From: an uncultured delta proteobacterium
GTDB lineage: Bacteria; Desulfobacterota; Binatia; UBA9968
Length of the DNA: 64,000 bases
NCBI GenBank assembly: GCA_963771465.1
Contig: CAVYTU010000015.1
Location: forward strand, 352,001 to 416,000
Direction: 5' to 3'
A program made the position numbers and the translations under genes. This document shows, in pieces, positions 20,109-31,389 of the stretch (positions within the stretch are counted from its first letter, which is position 1; each line of letters begins with the position of its first letter). Below the pieces are notes generated by a model. The model was not told the origin of the DNA. It saw only the letters and a list, made by a program, of their open reading frames with translations, and did no database searches.

Positions 20109-20155
20109 CGTAAAATCTCTTTGAACAATTAAGAAGGGCCGATTGAATGAAGCTT

Positions 20156-20548
20156 CTAGCGCTTGGAGTACTGCGGCCGTTTGCGCGCTTTGTGCCGGCC
20201 GTATTTTTTGCGTTCCACTGCACGCGGGTCGCGGGTCACGAAGCCGGCCTTTTTTAGCGGCGCGCGCAGGTCGGCGTTGAGCTTCATCAAGGCACGGGTA
20301 ATGCCATGGCGAATAGCGCCGGCCTGGCCAGAATTTCCGCCGCCGGTGACGTTTACATCGATGTCGAAGCTGCCGCCGGTCTGGGTAACATCGAATGGCT
20401 GCATGACGATCATGCGCGCGGTTTCGCGGCCAAAGTATTCCTGCAACGTCCGGTCATTGATCGTAATATTGCCTTTGCCTGATTTTAAAAAGACCCGCGC
20501 CACGGAAGTCTTTCTTCTGCCAGTTGCGGTAAACACTTTATCTGCCAT
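20156..20548 (-). CDS. rpsI: 30S ribosomal protein S9
   Basis: [23 protein letters not shown]. Confidence 0.99.
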   Translation of the reverse strand: MADKVFTATGRRKTSVARVFLKSGKGNITINDRTLQEYFGRETARMIVMQPFDVTQTGGSFDIDVNVTGGGNSGQAGAIRHGITRALMKLNADLRAPLKKAGFVTRDPRAVERKKYGRHKARKRPQYSKR

Positions 20549-20561
20549 CGAAGTTTCGCTC

Positions 20562-21002
20562 CTACGCTACGATTGCCAAGGGTTGGGGTTTTTGCGCGTC
20601 ATGAGGATGCTCAGCGCCAGCGTACACTTTGAGTTTCGTGACCAGCTTGCGGCTCAACCGATTTTTGGGAAGCATGCCCTTGACCGCCAATTTAACCAGT
20701 TCCTCGGGTTTTTCTTCGAGCATCTGTGCCGCGGTTCGTTGGCGGATGCCTCCGGGATACTCGCTGTGGCGATAGTAAATCTTCTGGTCCAGCTTGGCGC
20801 CGGTCAACTTGAGTTCTCGGGCATTCACGACAATGACAAAATCACCGGCATCCTGATTGGGCGTAAAAATCGGTTTGTGTTTGCCTCTGAGCACTTTAGC
20901 AATTTCAGTGGCCATGCGGCCTAGAATCTTGCCACGCGCGTCGATCACATACCATTGCCGCTGCATCAGCGCATCCGCTTTGTTCATGTTCACTCTCTCC
21001 AC
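20562..21002 (-). CDS. rplM: 50S ribosomal protein L13
   Basis: WYVIDA, LRGKHKP, GMLPKN. Confidence 0.99.
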   Translation of the reverse strand: MERVNMNKADALMQRQWYVIDARGKILGRMATEIAKVLRGKHKPIFTPNQDAGDFVIVVNARELKLTGAKLDQKIYYRHSEYPGGIRQRTAAQMLEEKPEELVKLAVKGMLPKNRLSRKLVTKLKVYAGAEHPHDAQKPQPLAIVA

Positions 21003-21039
21003 TCGCTGATAATCTTTCTACTGCATCCGACGAAGTAAG

Positions 21040-21116
<77 letters not shown>

Positions 21117-21203
21117 GACAAAATTCAATTTAGAGTTTCATGTTTCGAGTGCCGCGTTTTAACTCGAAAACTCAAGACTCGGAACTCGAAACCTTAACCT
21201 TTC

Positions 21204-21278
21204 TGGTGGGCGGTACAGGATTTGAACCTGTGACCCCCGGCTTGTAAGGCCGATGCTCTCCCGCTGAGCTAACCGCCC
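21204..21278 (-). tRNA. tRNA-Val(TAC)
   Basis: Anticodon TAC, CCA end. Confidence 0.97.
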
Positions 21279-21583
21279 CTTCGCCAAAAATTCTCACTCG
21301 CAAGTTGGCCGAGGCTCCTTCGACCCTAGTTGTATATGTCACCTTCGCTATTGCTATTTAATTCACGAAAAAAACTTTAAGAGGCGAACATGCCGAGGTT
21401 TTACCGTCATCCCAAGGCCCAGGCTGACCCAGCGCGTTAATTTATCCTCACTCAGCCATTGCGATTCCAAAAATTTTTGTTTATGGAGATAGGCTTCCCG
21501 AAACTTAAATTTATCAAGAAGGCGATAATTCACTTAGCGCACCGGCCCAAATATCCCTAATGCAAGGCGCTTTTATAACAGTC

Positions 21584-21615
21584 ACGCTGCCGGGTGTCAA
21601 ATCACCCGGCAGCGT
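21584..21615 (-). terminator. Hairpin downstream of lon
   Basis: 13 bp perfect inverted repeat ACGCTGCCGGGTG/CACCCGGCAGCGT; weak U-tract. Confidence 0.55.
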
Positions 21616-21635
21616 TCGGAAGTGAACTAGTAGAG

Positions 21636-24101
21636 TTATTGGGGCAGAATTTCGCTCGCGGGAACGTCTTCGACCTTATCTGGAAATGTCGGGGAGTCAT
21701 CCTTCGCCTGAGACTCGAGTTCCATATGGCGAAAGAGGCTATTCGGATCGTCGAGAATAAGGGCCTTCTTCAAGACCTCGTCTACATGCGAGACCAGTTC
21801 GAGTTCGACGGTCTTGAGTACGGCAGCGGGAATTTCTTCGATGTCTTTCTCGTTATCCGCGGGAATTAGGACTTTCTTTATACCAGCGCGATGCGCCGCC
21901 AACACTTTCTCTTTCAAACCGCCGATCGGCAACACCGAACCGCGCAGGGTGATTTCTCCGGTCATCGCCAAATCGTTGTGCACCGGGATTTTCATCAGTG
22001 CCGACACCAGCGAAGTCGCCATGGTGATTCCGGCTGATGGGCCGTCCTTAGGAATCGCACCCTCCGGGACATGAATATGAATATCGAGTTTCTGATAAAA
22101 GTCCTTTTCCAGACCCAACTCGGCCGCCCGAGAACGAACATAGCTCATCGCCGCGCGCGCGGATTCTTGCATCACGTCGCCGAGTTTTCCGGTAATAATC
22201 AACTGGCCTTTGCCTGGCATGACCGTCACTTCAGTGGCCAGCAATTCGCCGCCCATCTCCGTCCAGGCCAAACCCGTGGTGACACCGATTTTGACCTCGG
22301 TATCAACCTTGCCATAACGAAACTTGATCGGGCCTAGATACTTATGGAGTCCCTTGGTGCCAACTTGGATGTGGGAGTTGCGATCTTTGCGCACGACCTC
22401 TACAGCGACCTTGCGGCAAATCGAGGCGATCTCGCGTTCTAGATTGCGCACGCCAGCTTCCTTCGTATAGTGCCGGATGACACCAAGCAGCGCATTGTCA
22501 GTGAAAGCCAGATTCTCCGGCGTTAAGCCGTTGGCTTCCTTTTGCTTTTCCAGTAAATATTTTTTCGCTATGCTCAGTTTCTCAAGTTCGGTGTAACCCG
22601 CGATGCGAATGATCTCCATACGGTCTTGCAACGGCCGAGGGATACGATCCAACGAATTGGCAGTTGTAATAAACATCACTTTCGACAGATCGAAATCGAG
22701 ATCGAGATAGTGATCGTTAAACGTCGTGTTCTGCTCGGGGTCTAATACTTCCAGCAACGCCGACGACGGATCGCCGCGGAAGTCGGTCGACATCTTGTCG
22801 ATTTCATCCATCAAAAACACCGGGTTGCTCGATCCGGCTTTCTTCATCGACTGAATGATTTTTCCGGGCATCGCGCCGATATAAGTGCGCCGATGGCCGC
22901 GAACTTCCGCTTCATCGCGAACGCCGCCAAGAGAAACCCTGATAAATTTTCGGCCGGTGGAGCGAGCTATGGAACGGCCCAGAGAAGTTTTGCCGACACC
23001 CGGAGGGCCAACCAGACAGAGAATCGGCCCCTTGATCTTGCCGACCAAGCTTTGCACCGCAAGATATTCGAGGATGCGCTCCTTTACTTTTTCCAAACCG
23101 TAATGATCTTCCTCGAGAATTCGCTCCGCCTCGTTGATATCGAGTTTATCGTCGGTAAATTCGTTCCACGGCAAACTGATAATCCAATCGATATAGTTCC
23201 GCACCACCGTCGCTTCCGCCGACATGGGCGACATCATTTTCAGCTTCTTGAGCTCTTTATCGACTTTGTCCTTGGCCTCGGCGGAAAGTTTTTTCTGCTT
23301 GAGCTTTTCTTCAATTTCCTGAATCTCGTTTTTGAACTCGTCTTTTTCACCAAGCTCTTTTTGGATCGCGCGCATCTGCTCGTTGAGATAGTACTCTTTT
23401 TGCGAGCGCTCCATTTGCTTCTTGACGCGCGAGCGAATGCGCCGCTCGACTTCAAGAATCTCAATTTCGGCGCGCATATGGCCGAGGACTTTTTCCAACC
23501 GCTCCGCGGCGTTGAAAGTTTCGAGCAGATTCTGCCGGTCGTCGAGTTTAATGCCGAGGTGAGCGACGATGGTGTCACCCAAACGGCCAGGATCGTCGAT
23601 GGATGAAACCGACATGACCATTTCCGGCGGGATCTTTTTCTTGAGCTTTACGTAATTTTCAAAAGTGGTGTGAACTTCCCGCACCAAGGCTTCGATTTCG
23701 GTGTTACGCTCGACGATCTCCGGCGCCTCTTCAACTTCCACCAAGAAATAATCTGGGTTGGCAACAAAGCGTGCAACCTTAGCCCGCTTCTTGCCCTCGA
23801 TTAAAACTTTGACGGTGCCGTCGGGCAGCTTAAGCATCTGCACCACCGAACCCAAGGTGCCGATCTTATAGATATCGTCCTCTGCCGGCTCGTTGGTTTT
23901 GGCGTCTTTCTGCGACGACAAGAAAATCAAACTTTGTTTCTGCGTCGCTTCCTCCAGCGCCTTGATCGAGCGCTGTCGGCCGACAAATAGCGGCACTACC
24001 ATATGGGGGAATACGATAATGTCCCGTAGCGGCAATAGCGGCACGCGGGTCACGCCGCCACCGGGGTCCTTGTCGTCTTTTTTCTCATTGCGAAACAGCA
24101 T
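21636..24101 (-). CDS. lon: ATP-dependent protease La
   Basis: GPPGVGKTS Walker A, PKDGPSAG catalytic Ser. Confidence 0.99.
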   Translation of the reverse strand: MLFRNEKKDDKDPGGGVTRVPLLPLRDIIVFPHMVVPLFVGRQRSIKALEEATQKQSLIFLSSQKDAKTNEPAEDDIYKIGTLGSVVQMLKLPDGTVKVLIEGKKRAKVARFVANPDYFLVEVEEAPEIVERNTEIEALVREVHTTFENYVKLKKKIPPEMVMSVSSIDDPGRLGDTIVAHLGIKLDDRQNLLETFNAAERLEKVLGHMRAEIEILEVERRIRSRVKKQMERSQKEYYLNEQMRAIQKELGEKDEFKNEIQEIEEKLKQKKLSAEAKDKVDKELKKLKMMSPMSAEATVVRNYIDWIISLPWNEFTDDKLDINEAERILEEDHYGLEKVKERILEYLAVQSLVGKIKGPILCLVGPPGVGKTSLGRSIARSTGRKFIRVSLGGVRDEAEVRGHRRTYIGAMPGKIIQSMKKAGSSNPVFLMDEIDKMSTDFRGDPSSALLEVLDPEQNTTFNDHYLDLDFDLSKVMFITTANSLDRIPRPLQDRMEIIRIAGYTELEKLSIAKKYLLEKQKEANGLTPENLAFTDNALLGVIRHYTKEAGVRNLEREIASICRKVAVEVVRKDRNSHIQVGTKGLHKYLGPIKFRYGKVDTEVKIGVTTGLAWTEMGGELLATEVTVMPGKGQLIITGKLGDVMQESARAAMSYVRSRAAELGLEKDFYQKLDIHIHVPEGAIPKDGPSAGITMATSLVSALMKIPVHNDLAMTGEITLRGSVLPIGGLKEKVLAAHRAGIKKVLIPADNEKDIEEIPAAVLKTVELELVSHVDEVLKKALILDDPNSLFRHMELESQAKDDSPTFPDKVEDVPASEILPQ

Positions 24102-24109
24102 AAACCCTC

Positions 24110-25363
24110 CTAAGCGCTCTCCGCTGCCTTGGTGTATACCACAATCGGAGGATCATGTTTTTCCACGACGTCCTCGGAGATAACGACTTCCTTGATATTC
24201 GGCTGCGAAGGCATGTCGTACATGATATCCAACATGATGTTTTCCATGATTGCCCGGAGCCCGCGCGCGCCTGATTTCCGCTTCATGGCGTCGCGGGCGA
24301 TCGCCCGCAGCGCCTCTTCAGTGAATTTCAAATGCACCGATTCCATGTCAAACAACTTCGAGTACTGCTTGGTCAAAGCATTCTTTGGTTCCTTCAGGAT
24401 ACGTACCAACGCGGATTCATCCAATTCATCGAGGGTGGCGATCACGGGCAGACGGCCGATAAACTCCGGGATGAGGCCGAACTTGAGTAAATCTTCGGTT
24501 TGCACCCCATGTAATAGATCGCTCGCCCGGCGTCCATCTTTGTCTTCCAGCTGACCCCCAAAGCCCATGCGCTTACGGCCGATGCGTCGGCGAATGATAT
24601 CATCCAGGCCGACGAACGCGCCGCCGCAGATGAAAAGAATATTGGTCGTATCAACCTGGAGAAATTCCTGCTGCGGATGTTTACGGCCGCCCTTGGGCGG
24701 CACACTCGCCATGGTGCCTTCGATAATCTTCAATAAAGCTTGCTGGACGCCTTCCCCAGAGACATCCCGGGTAATAGACGGATTATCCGATTTCCGGGAG
24801 ATTTTATCGATCTCATCTATATAGACGATGCCGCGCTGTGCTTTTTCAACATCGTAGTCGGCCGCCTGCAAAAGATTGAGAATAATATTTTCGACGTCTT
24901 CGCCGACATAACCGGCCTCGGTCAAACTGGTGGCGTCGGCAATCGTGAACGGCACTTGAAGAAACCGCGCCAGGGTTTGCGCCAAAAGGGTCTTGCCCGA
25001 TCCGGTGGGACCGAGCAGTAAGATATTGCTCTTCTGCAACTCGACGTCGCCAGTCACCATCTGGCTATCAATGCGCTTATAGTGATTATGCACCGCCACC
25101 GCGAGAATTTTCTTGGCGCGCTCTTGACCGATTACGTACTGATCGAGGACGCGCTTGATTTCGGCGGGCTTGGGAACGTTTGACGACGAACTTAGATTTT
25201 CGTCGTGATCGCACTCCTCGGCTATGATGTCGTTACACAGGTCGATGCATTCATCGCAGATGTAAACCGTCGGACCGGCGATCAGCTTGCGAACTTCGTC
25301 TTGGCTCTTGCCGCAAAATGAGCAGACGAGATTTCCTGATCCATGTTCGCCATGCTTTGCCAT
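24110..25363 (-). CDS. clpX: Clp protease ATPase subunit ClpX
   Basis: CSFCGK Zn finger, [14 protein letters not shown]. Confidence 0.99.
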   Translation of the reverse strand: MAKHGEHGSGNLVCSFCGKSQDEVRKLIAGPTVYICDECIDLCNDIIAEECDHDENLSSSSNVPKPAEIKRVLDQYVIGQERAKKILAVAVHNHYKRIDSQMVTGDVELQKSNILLLGPTGSGKTLLAQTLARFLQVPFTIADATSLTEAGYVGEDVENIILNLLQAADYDVEKAQRGIVYIDEIDKISRKSDNPSITRDVSGEGVQQALLKIIEGTMASVPPKGGRKHPQQEFLQVDTTNILFICGGAFVGLDDIIRRRIGRKRMGFGGQLEDKDGRRASDLLHGVQTEDLLKFGLIPEFIGRLPVIATLDELDESALVRILKEPKNALTKQYSKLFDMESVHLKFTEEALRAIARDAMKRKSGARGLRAIMENIMLDIMYDMPSQPNIKEVVISEDVVEKHDPPIVVYTKAAESA

Positions 25364-25387
25364 AGACCCCCCGGTTCTCCCAAACGG

Positions 25388-25990
25388 CTACTTCTTGACG
25401 CTATTTTCGGGCCGAGTCGCGATGACTTCATCGACCAAACCATATTCTTGGGCTTGTTTGCCGGTCATAAACATATCGCGATCAGTATCTTTTTCGATTT
25501 TTTTCAAGCTCTGCCCAGAATGCTTGGTTAAGATGTTATTCAATTCCTCGCGCATGCGAAGAATCTCTCGGGCCTGGATATCGATATCCGTCGCTTGCCC
25601 CTGAAAACCGCCCAGCGGCTGATGAATCATGATACGCGCATGTGGCAAGGCGAATCGCTTAGCTTTGGCGCCGGCGGAAAGTAGGACCGCGGCCATGCTC
25701 GCGGCTTGGCCGACGCAGACCGTGGAAATCTGCGGCCGAACATATTGCATCGTGTCATAGATCGCCAAGCCGGCCGTCACCGCCCCTCCTGGGCTGTTGA
25801 TATAGAAAAAGATATCGCGTTCGGGATCTTCCGATTCGAGAAAAAGCAGCTGCGCGGTGACGAGGTTAGCAACGTCATCGTTTATGACGGAACCGAGAAA
25901 GACAATTCGATCTTTAAGGAGACGCGAATAGATATCATATGCACGTTCGCCACGTCCGGTTTGCTCAACGACAATGGGGATGAAGTTCAT
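25388..25990 (-). CDS. clpP: Clp protease proteolytic subunit
   Basis: [22 protein letters not shown]. Confidence 0.99.
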   Translation of the reverse strand: MNFIPIVVEQTGRGERAYDIYSRLLKDRIVFLGSVINDDVANLVTAQLLFLESEDPERDIFFYINSPGGAVTAGLAIYDTMQYVRPQISTVCVGQAASMAAVLLSAGAKAKRFALPHARIMIHQPLGGFQGQATDIDIQAREILRMREELNNILTKHSGQSLKKIEKDTDRDMFMTGKQAQEYGLVDEVIATRPENSVKK

Positions 25991-26022
25991 GAGTAGCGAA
26001 ACCCCTCGTACATGAAAGCATT

Positions 26023-27360
26023 CTAGCTTTTTTCACCCGGCTCATCAACCTTAGAAGCCGGCGGATCCACTTCTTTTATTTGCGCCCGTTCGAGTAAATA
26101 CCCAAGAGTTCGGTCAAATACTATCTGTGCACGCAAATCGTCGCGTGCTTCAGGCCGCGCATAGTACTCACGCACACTTTTGGCGCGATCGCCGGCGGAT
26201 CGCGCCAGGTTATCGACGCGCTCTTGGATGTCTTGCTCGTTAATTTCGATATTTTCTTGTTGGGAGATTTTTTCCACCAATAAGGTCGCTTGCACTTGCC
26301 GCGCCGCACGCCCTTCCAAATTCTTACGCGCATCCTCCATCGGCGGCGCCGCATCGGCCTCCGCGCCCGCTTGCTGGATTTGACTCTGGTAGCGCTCCAT
26401 CAAGTAACGGGTTTGCCGCTCAACCATCGAGGGTGGAATCGTCAGCGCGTGGTTCTCAATCAAACGGCTCATGATCTTTTCCTTAAGATCCTCGTCCTGA
26501 TAATGCTTGAGTTCTCCCTCGAGGCGCTGGCGGATCGCCGCTTTCAGCTCGTCAAGCGAACCGTGTTCGCCGTGATCCTTGGCGAATTCGTCGTCGAGCG
26601 TAGGCAACACTTTTTGCTTGATCTCACGCGCGACAATGGAAAAATCGACCGTTTTACCGGCAATTTCCTTATTCGGATAGTTTTCCGGATAGGTCACGGG
26701 CACCGACTGGCGCTCGCCGATTTTGAGGCCGACGACGGCCTCTTCAAACTTCGGCAGGGCCTGTCCCGAGCCCACTTCGATCGTATAGTTTTCGCCCTTG
26801 CCGCCCGAAAACGGTTTGCCTGCGATAGTACCTTCGAAGTCGAGGGTGACAAAGTCGCCAGTTTGAACAATATCCCGACCCTCGACGAGTTCGAGCCGCG
26901 CGTGACCTTCTTGGATACGCTTAAGCGCGTCCTGCACCTGATCATCGGCGACGCTGATTTTAACTTTCTCAACTTCGACGCCCAGGTAGTCCTTTACTTG
27001 GATCTCCGGTTTGATTTCGAACACCGCGGAGAACGAAAAATCACTGCCTTCGCTGAGATCGTTGGCCTCAACTTCCGGGCGCGAGACGATCTGCAAGCCG
27101 CGCTCCTTAATTACTTCGCCCAAGGATTCTTCAACTAAATGGGATTTGACTTCGCCTTTGACCTCTTCACCGTAGATGCCTTGGAGCACGCTGCGCGGAA
27201 TCTTGCCGGTGCGAAAGCCTTTGACTCGCACCCGGTTGCCGAGATTCTTGTAGGCATGAGCAAACTCACTGGCAACGGCTTCCGCCGGCAACTCGACGCG
27301 GACTTTACGCTGCACCGGACTCAATTCATCGATATCGATTTTCATCGCGAAATTTGACAA
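26023..27360 (-). CDS. tig: Trigger factor
   Basis: GFRTGKIP ribosome-binding motif, FKBP domain; start may be ATG 27345. Confidence 0.97.
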   Translation of the reverse strand: MSNFAMKIDIDELSPVQRKVRVELPAEAVASEFAHAYKNLGNRVRVKGFRTGKIPRSVLQGIYGEEVKGEVKSHLVEESLGEVIKERGLQIVSRPEVEANDLSEGSDFSFSAVFEIKPEIQVKDYLGVEVEKVKISVADDQVQDALKRIQEGHARLELVEGRDIVQTGDFVTLDFEGTIAGKPFSGGKGENYTIEVGSGQALPKFEEAVVGLKIGERQSVPVTYPENYPNKEIAGKTVDFSIVAREIKQKVLPTLDDEFAKDHGEHGSLDELKAAIRQRLEGELKHYQDEDLKEKIMSRLIENHALTIPPSMVERQTRYLMERYQSQIQQAGAEADAAPPMEDARKNLEGRAARQVQATLLVEKISQQENIEINEQDIQERVDNLARSAGDRAKSVREYYARPEARDDLRAQIVFDRTLGYLLERAQIKEVDPPASKVDEPGEKS

Positions 27361-27482
27361 TTGGCTTTTTCGTCAACTATGATCTGAAGATAACAGGCTG
27401 TCATGAGCGCCCCAAAACATTCGACGATCGGCCACAAAACCTTTCTTTGGTATTTTGATCGGTCAATTTATCGGCACTTTGC

Positions 27483-27565
27483 TGGTGCGAGAGGGGGGAC
27501 TCGAACCCCCACGGTTGCCCGCTAGATCCTAAGTCTAGTGCGTCTGCCAATTCCGCCACTCTCGC
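27483..27565 (-). tRNA. tRNA-Leu(TAG)
   Basis: Anticodon TAG, variable arm, CCA end. Confidence 0.96.
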
Positions 27566-27876
27566 CAACCCCAACTTTGCCGACTAGGAAAGGAGAGTAA
27601 GAATTAGCTACTGCTAAGTCAAGCGCAATCAAGCTTATGTGCGCGAAGTGTCGCACGTTTTGCCAAACCCAACGACGCAGAATTTTCGCCGCACGCTGCG
27701 GCAACGAGGATGATATCGTCGACGCGGCTAACCGAGCCTGTCGAACAGGTCAGGCGAGCTACTGCTGCCGGTGAGAATAATCGCCGCGTTACCGACTTTC
27801 TCTATGTACGTCATGGCAGTGTCATGCTTTGGCAAGGCAAAGCCGGGGAAAACAATCGGTGACGCGATTATGATTT

Positions 27877-28191
27877 TTATTTCGCCTTAACAGCGCAATC
27901 CGTACAGGGACAAAGGGCGCGCAGGTAATCGAAACTGTAAATTCCCGTAGTGTGGCCGTCGTGCCAGTGCAGTTCGACGGCATAGTTGCCAACTCCGCGG
28001 ATTCCATCCAGCACCGCGCCGGGAACAACGACAAAGCGGCGCTCCGGTCCATGTCCTTGACAAAGCGCGCAGGGACAGTGACCACGCAGATATTCTTGTT
28101 CATACTCGCCGACATGTCCATCGTCCCACGAAATACGCACCGCGCCGCGCGCCTTAATATGGTTAATCTCGGTTGGAAATGCAGCGGCCAT
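27877..28191 (-). CDS. DUF971 / GBBH N-terminal-like Zn-binding protein
   Basis: WDDGH, LRGHCPCALC, VGNYAV, WHDGHTTGIYSFDYLR. Confidence 0.85.
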   Translation of the reverse strand: MAAAFPTEINHIKARGAVRISWDDGHVGEYEQEYLRGHCPCALCQGHGPERRFVVVPGAVLDGIRGVGNYAVELHWHDGHTTGIYSFDYLRALCPCTDCAVKAK

Positions 28192-28200
28192 GACAGCGGC

Positions 28201-28725
28201 TCAGAGTTCGACCAGACCATCGTTGATGGCGGTCATAAATCCGATTCGGTTTCGGTTGAGTAGATAAGTTCGCGGCGCTATCTCTGGACGATCCACTATA
28301 GTCGCCGCGGTCACCGGAAAAAATCGGCTTGTCTCGACCAATAGATCGTGCAATGCCGCGCCGGGAACCAAATGGACATCGCCGTGAAGTAAATAAGGTC
28401 CAACGCTGAAAAGCGCCTTGCTCGTTTCTTTCTGCACGTAAAAGCTTTCGATGCCCGCGCGCTGGGTCTGACTCTGCGGGCTCAGATCTGCGATGAGAAA
28501 TACTTCGCGCATGTAAACCAAATATTCATCCGCGCCAACCACTAGCGGTTTACGATTGGCGCTTTCCATCGTGACATCCTTGAGCGAAAAGATCTCCTCA
28601 CCCTCGCGCAGCACCAGATAGTTGCTCAGCCGTTCCTGATTGGTAACGAGCACGCCGCGCACCACAGCCGCTTGGAAATAAACCTCCAAGGGCATGGTGT
28701 AAGTTAGACCTGGATCCGGTGACAC
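28201..28725 (-). CDS. Hypothetical protein with two-repeat structure (DUF6812-like)
   Basis: Plausible ORF co-oriented with DUF971 gene; family call from pattern only. Confidence 0.6.
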   Translation of the reverse strand: MSPDPGLTYTMPLEVYFQAAVVRGVLVTNQERLSNYLVLREGEEIFSLKDVTMESANRKPLVVGADEYLVYMREVFLIADLSPQSQTQRAGIESFYVQKETSKALFSVGPYLLHGDVHLVPGAALHDLLVETSRFFPVTAATIVDRPEIAPRTYLLNRNRIGFMTAINDGLVEL

Positions 28726-28861
28726 TGAATTATACCCGCCTAGGTGAGAGATTATGTCACCGCGAGTCGCGCTTCACAACTGAATTTGTCACTGGCCTCG
28801 ACTAACGGAAGAAGATGTCGCAACCCAATTGCCAATGACGGAAGGACGCAACGAGGAATGG

Positions 28862-28913
28862 AAAAAATGGTGGGCCGCCGGAGACTCGAACTCCGGACCC
28901 GCTGATTAAGAGT
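28862..28913 (-). repeat. att site: duplicate of the 3' half of tRNA-Lys(CTT)
   Basis: 52 bp identical to 32582..32633, diverging at the 5' edge of the anticodon loop. Confidence 0.95.
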
Positions 28914-29041
28914 TCTCAATGAGTCATCTCATGAACCGATATGACCCAGACATCCCCAATGATTTTCGACAGCTTGCTGTGTGATCGTTGGGTTTGTTTG
29001 GGTCTCTTTGGGAATAGTTCTCGGACAGAAAGCGGACAATT

Positions 29042-29245
29042 TTAAGCGGGGTTGGCTTGCGACGCTGAGAGCAACTTCTTGAAGGCTAATCTCAATCTTT
29101 CTTCAAACTTAGCTAACTGAGAATCGCACAAATATTCTGTGGAAACTCCCCGGTCATGTGCTTGGGCTAGAAAATTCCGCACTAACTGGTCAACCTTCTC
29201 ATTAGACTCAGTAGAGAGTTTAGCAGTCAAGAATTCCATGGGCAT
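29042..29245 (-). CDS. Small hypothetical protein (67 aa)
   Basis: Third gene of a tightly packed AT-rich cassette. Confidence 0.55.
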   Translation of the reverse strand: MPMEFLTAKLSTESNEKVDQLVRNFLAQAHDRGVSTEYLCDSQLAKFEERLRLAFKKLLSASQANPA

Positions 29246-29248
29246 ATT

Positions 29249-29761
29249 CTATACGTGAATGAGAGGCTGAGTCAAATCGTTCACAGCTTTTACGAGAGCT
29301 TCATATTGCCCAAGCTTTACTGCGTTTGTTCTGTCTGTATCGATCCCACGGTTGATCGCCTCATTTATAAGAAAGCTGTAAAACGTCTCTAGGAGCCTAT
29401 CGATCCCCGATTGATTCGGCAATAAATTACCCCAATACATTTGCCAATTAAAATTCTTAATAACCTGCGTGTAATTGAAGTGGTCTTGTAGCCCTTTACT
29501 ATATCCATTGCTAGTCATTTTTGAATTGACTGACGAGACTCCGACAGAAAAATAACCGTTCAAATAAGTTCGAAGAGCCTCCTCAACTGTATGGCTTGGC
29601 ACCACCTTTATAACTATCCCCTGATATTTATAAAGATCATCATACACGACAACCGTTAAGGCATAGAGCGCGTCAGCGTTTTTAGCATACCACTGATCCA
29701 ATTTAGCGTTCTGTAGCGCCGCAATATCCCCTACTGACAGAGTTGGTCTACTTAGTGGCAT
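29249..29761 (-). CDS. Hypothetical protein (170 aa)
   Basis: Long ORF in AT-rich DNA; 3-4 bp gene spacing; no family recognised. Confidence 0.75.
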   Translation of the reverse strand: MPLSRPTLSVGDIAALQNAKLDQWYAKNADALYALTVVVYDDLYKYQGIVIKVVPSHTVEEALRTYLNGYFSVGVSSVNSKMTSNGYSKGLQDHFNYTQVIKNFNWQMYWGNLLPNQSGIDRLLETFYSFLINEAINRGIDTDRTNAVKLGQYEALVKAVNDLTQPLIHV

Positions 29762-29765
29762 GAAC

Positions 29766-30080
29766 CTAGTTGTGAGTCCTCCAAAGTAGTACCAACGCTA
29801 CGAGCAGCAGAAGGCCACAACCCACCGGAAGAATCACGTATACAGCCTTGAGACACCATTCAACACCTATGAGAGCAAACCAGGAAGTTAGTGCCAAACC
29901 ACCGATCAAAATTAGTGCTGCACCCACAGATCGAAACAGAGGGTAAAACGTTGCCTTTTTTTCATCGGAGTCCGCGGCACGAATCTGGCCATAGACGGCA
30001 AAAAACCATCCCGAAACGATGGCCATTATTGTTAGGGAACTCTGAAACGTTAATTGGGCTATAGGGTCCACAGAAGCCAT
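29766..30080 (-). CDS. Hypothetical membrane protein, about 3 TM helices
   Basis: Three hydrophobic segments. Confidence 0.75.
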   Translation of the reverse strand: MASVDPIAQLTFQSSLTIMAIVSGWFFAVYGQIRAADSDEKKATFYPLFRSVGAALILIGGLALTSWFALIGVEWCLKAVYVILPVGCGLLLLVALVLLWRTHN

Positions 30081-30155
30081 GCGTTAGCGGACTGACTCAA
30101 CTGTGTATATACAGTGAGGCCAAGAATTCTGTCAACAATCGATTACGGCAGTGGT

Positions 30156-30536
30156 TCAGTTAGAAGTTGCATGACCCAACAAACTACCAAGCCAAATTCC
30201 TGCTAGGCCGAGACCTAATTGTAGGCAAACGTTCATTAGACTGGTGATACTCTGAGAATTTCTCGCAAGTGCAAATGTCTCCCACGCGAACGCAGAAAAG
30301 GTTGTGAATCCCCCGATTACGCCGACAAAAAGAAACAGCCGGGCATCGATGGTGAATGTCACACGCGATTCCGCAAGGCCCGCCAAGAAACCGATAACTA
30401 GGCACCCGAGAACATTGACGGCTAGCGTCCCGTACGGAAACGACGGGTCAAGGGTTTTATACGTCCAGTTGGTGAGCAAATATCTAAAAACGCCGCCGAT
30501 GAAACTACCGGCTCCAACACAGAGAATAGAGCGCAT
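30156..30536 (-). CDS. crcB: Fluoride channel Fluc/CrcB
   Basis: GGVFRY, FPYGTLAVNVLG, GGFTTFSAF motifs; riboswitch upstream. Confidence 0.96.
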   Translation of the reverse strand: MRSILCVGAGSFIGGVFRYLLTNWTYKTLDPSFPYGTLAVNVLGCLVIGFLAGLAESRVTFTIDARLFLFVGVIGGFTTFSAFAWETFALARNSQSITSLMNVCLQLGLGLAGIWLGSLLGHATSN

Positions 30537-30555
30537 CTCTAAATTCCTTTCCCTA

Positions 30556-30598
30556 AAAATAAGAAACCCCTACTTCAAAAAACACTGAAGTAGGGGTT
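30556..30598 (-). terminator. Riboswitch-coupled intrinsic terminator
   Basis: AACCCCTACTTCA/TGAAGTAGGGGTT stem then TCTTATTTTT; overlaps aptamer 3' end. Confidence 0.9.
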
Positions 30599-30644
30599 AT
30601 CAGTTCCACCCAGCGGAACGGTTTAGCTGGCGAACTCCATCGCC
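30590..30644 (-). ncRNA. Fluoride riboswitch (crcB motif)
   Basis: GGCGATGGAGTTCGCC...TAAACCG...CTGATAACCCCTAC matches the crcB RNA consensus; upstream of crcB. Confidence 0.92.
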
Positions 30645-30875
30645 GTCGAATTTGACCTATTTTAGCTTAAACCATTTCATTCTAAAAGCTGTGACTCTGA
30701 GACCTGAACCACGACCCGAATTGTGCTTACCCTGAAGCCATTAGCCCTTCTGATACGCAATCAGCGGCGCACTTTATTCGTTTCCGCGTTGGTCGATGCT
30801 TTGGCTGGCCAGCCCGTTCGATTACTCACGCGTTTTTGTGGCGATCCGCTGGAAGGAAGGGGTATACCGCTGCCA

Positions 30876-31350
30876 CTACTTCTTCTTCTCTGGCATCGCG
30901 GAGGAGTGATGACTGGTAATGAGCCACTTCGAACCATCCCATCGGTACGTTTAGCTATACCGGCCACTGACTACTGCGCCTGTCTTGGCGAACGTAAATG
31001 TGTAGAGGCCAGCATCAACGGCGGTATTGCAGCCAATCTCTACGAAGCGCAGATCAATCTTTCCGGAGGGGCGATCCTCTACGAAATGATGAAAGTAGTC
31101 TTCTTTTTCCGCCGGAGTCAAGCGTGGTTTGTTCGAAACCGTAGGCAACAGAATGGAGCGTTCGGCATAGTTGGCAACCACCTTATGCGGATCGCCCGTC
31201 TGCAACGACTGATTCCAACGGTCAAACAATGATGCGATCTCCTTTTCGGTGGTGACCTTGCAACTTTCCGTTCGTGTGGGCTGCGCGCGTTGGAGGCAGA
31301 TGCTACAAGGACCACGTAACCAGCAAGCCAACGTAAGGGCGGATTTAACA
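30876..31350 (-). pseudogene. SgcJ/EcaC-family (iota carbonic anhydrase-like) pseudogene
   Basis: EIASLFDRWN..LLPTVSNKPR; in-frame TAA at 30951-30953 followed by TYRWDGSKWLITSHHSSAMPEKKK; 5' signal region out of frame. Confidence 0.8.
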
Positions 31351-31389
31351 CATTCCTGCCATCAGCCCCGAGCCGCGTCTTTGTGGCTT

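Noticed and set aside
19747-20155. 400 bp lptG-rpsI gap with ORF 19819-20223 and a GCGGGCAAC/GTTGCCCGC hairpin
   Set aside because: The ORF crosses the rpsI terminator and has no protein-like features; no ncRNA recognised
21279-21635. Expected hupB after lon
   Set aside because: No HU-like frame found; region looks like tRNA promoter/spacer DNA
28868-28913. Second tRNA-Lys gene
   Set aside because: Only the 3' half is present; it is an att duplicate
30951-30953. Recoded stop in the iota-CA-like gene
   Set aside because: The codon is TAA, not TGA/TAG, and the 5' end is also damaged, so nonsense mutation is simpler
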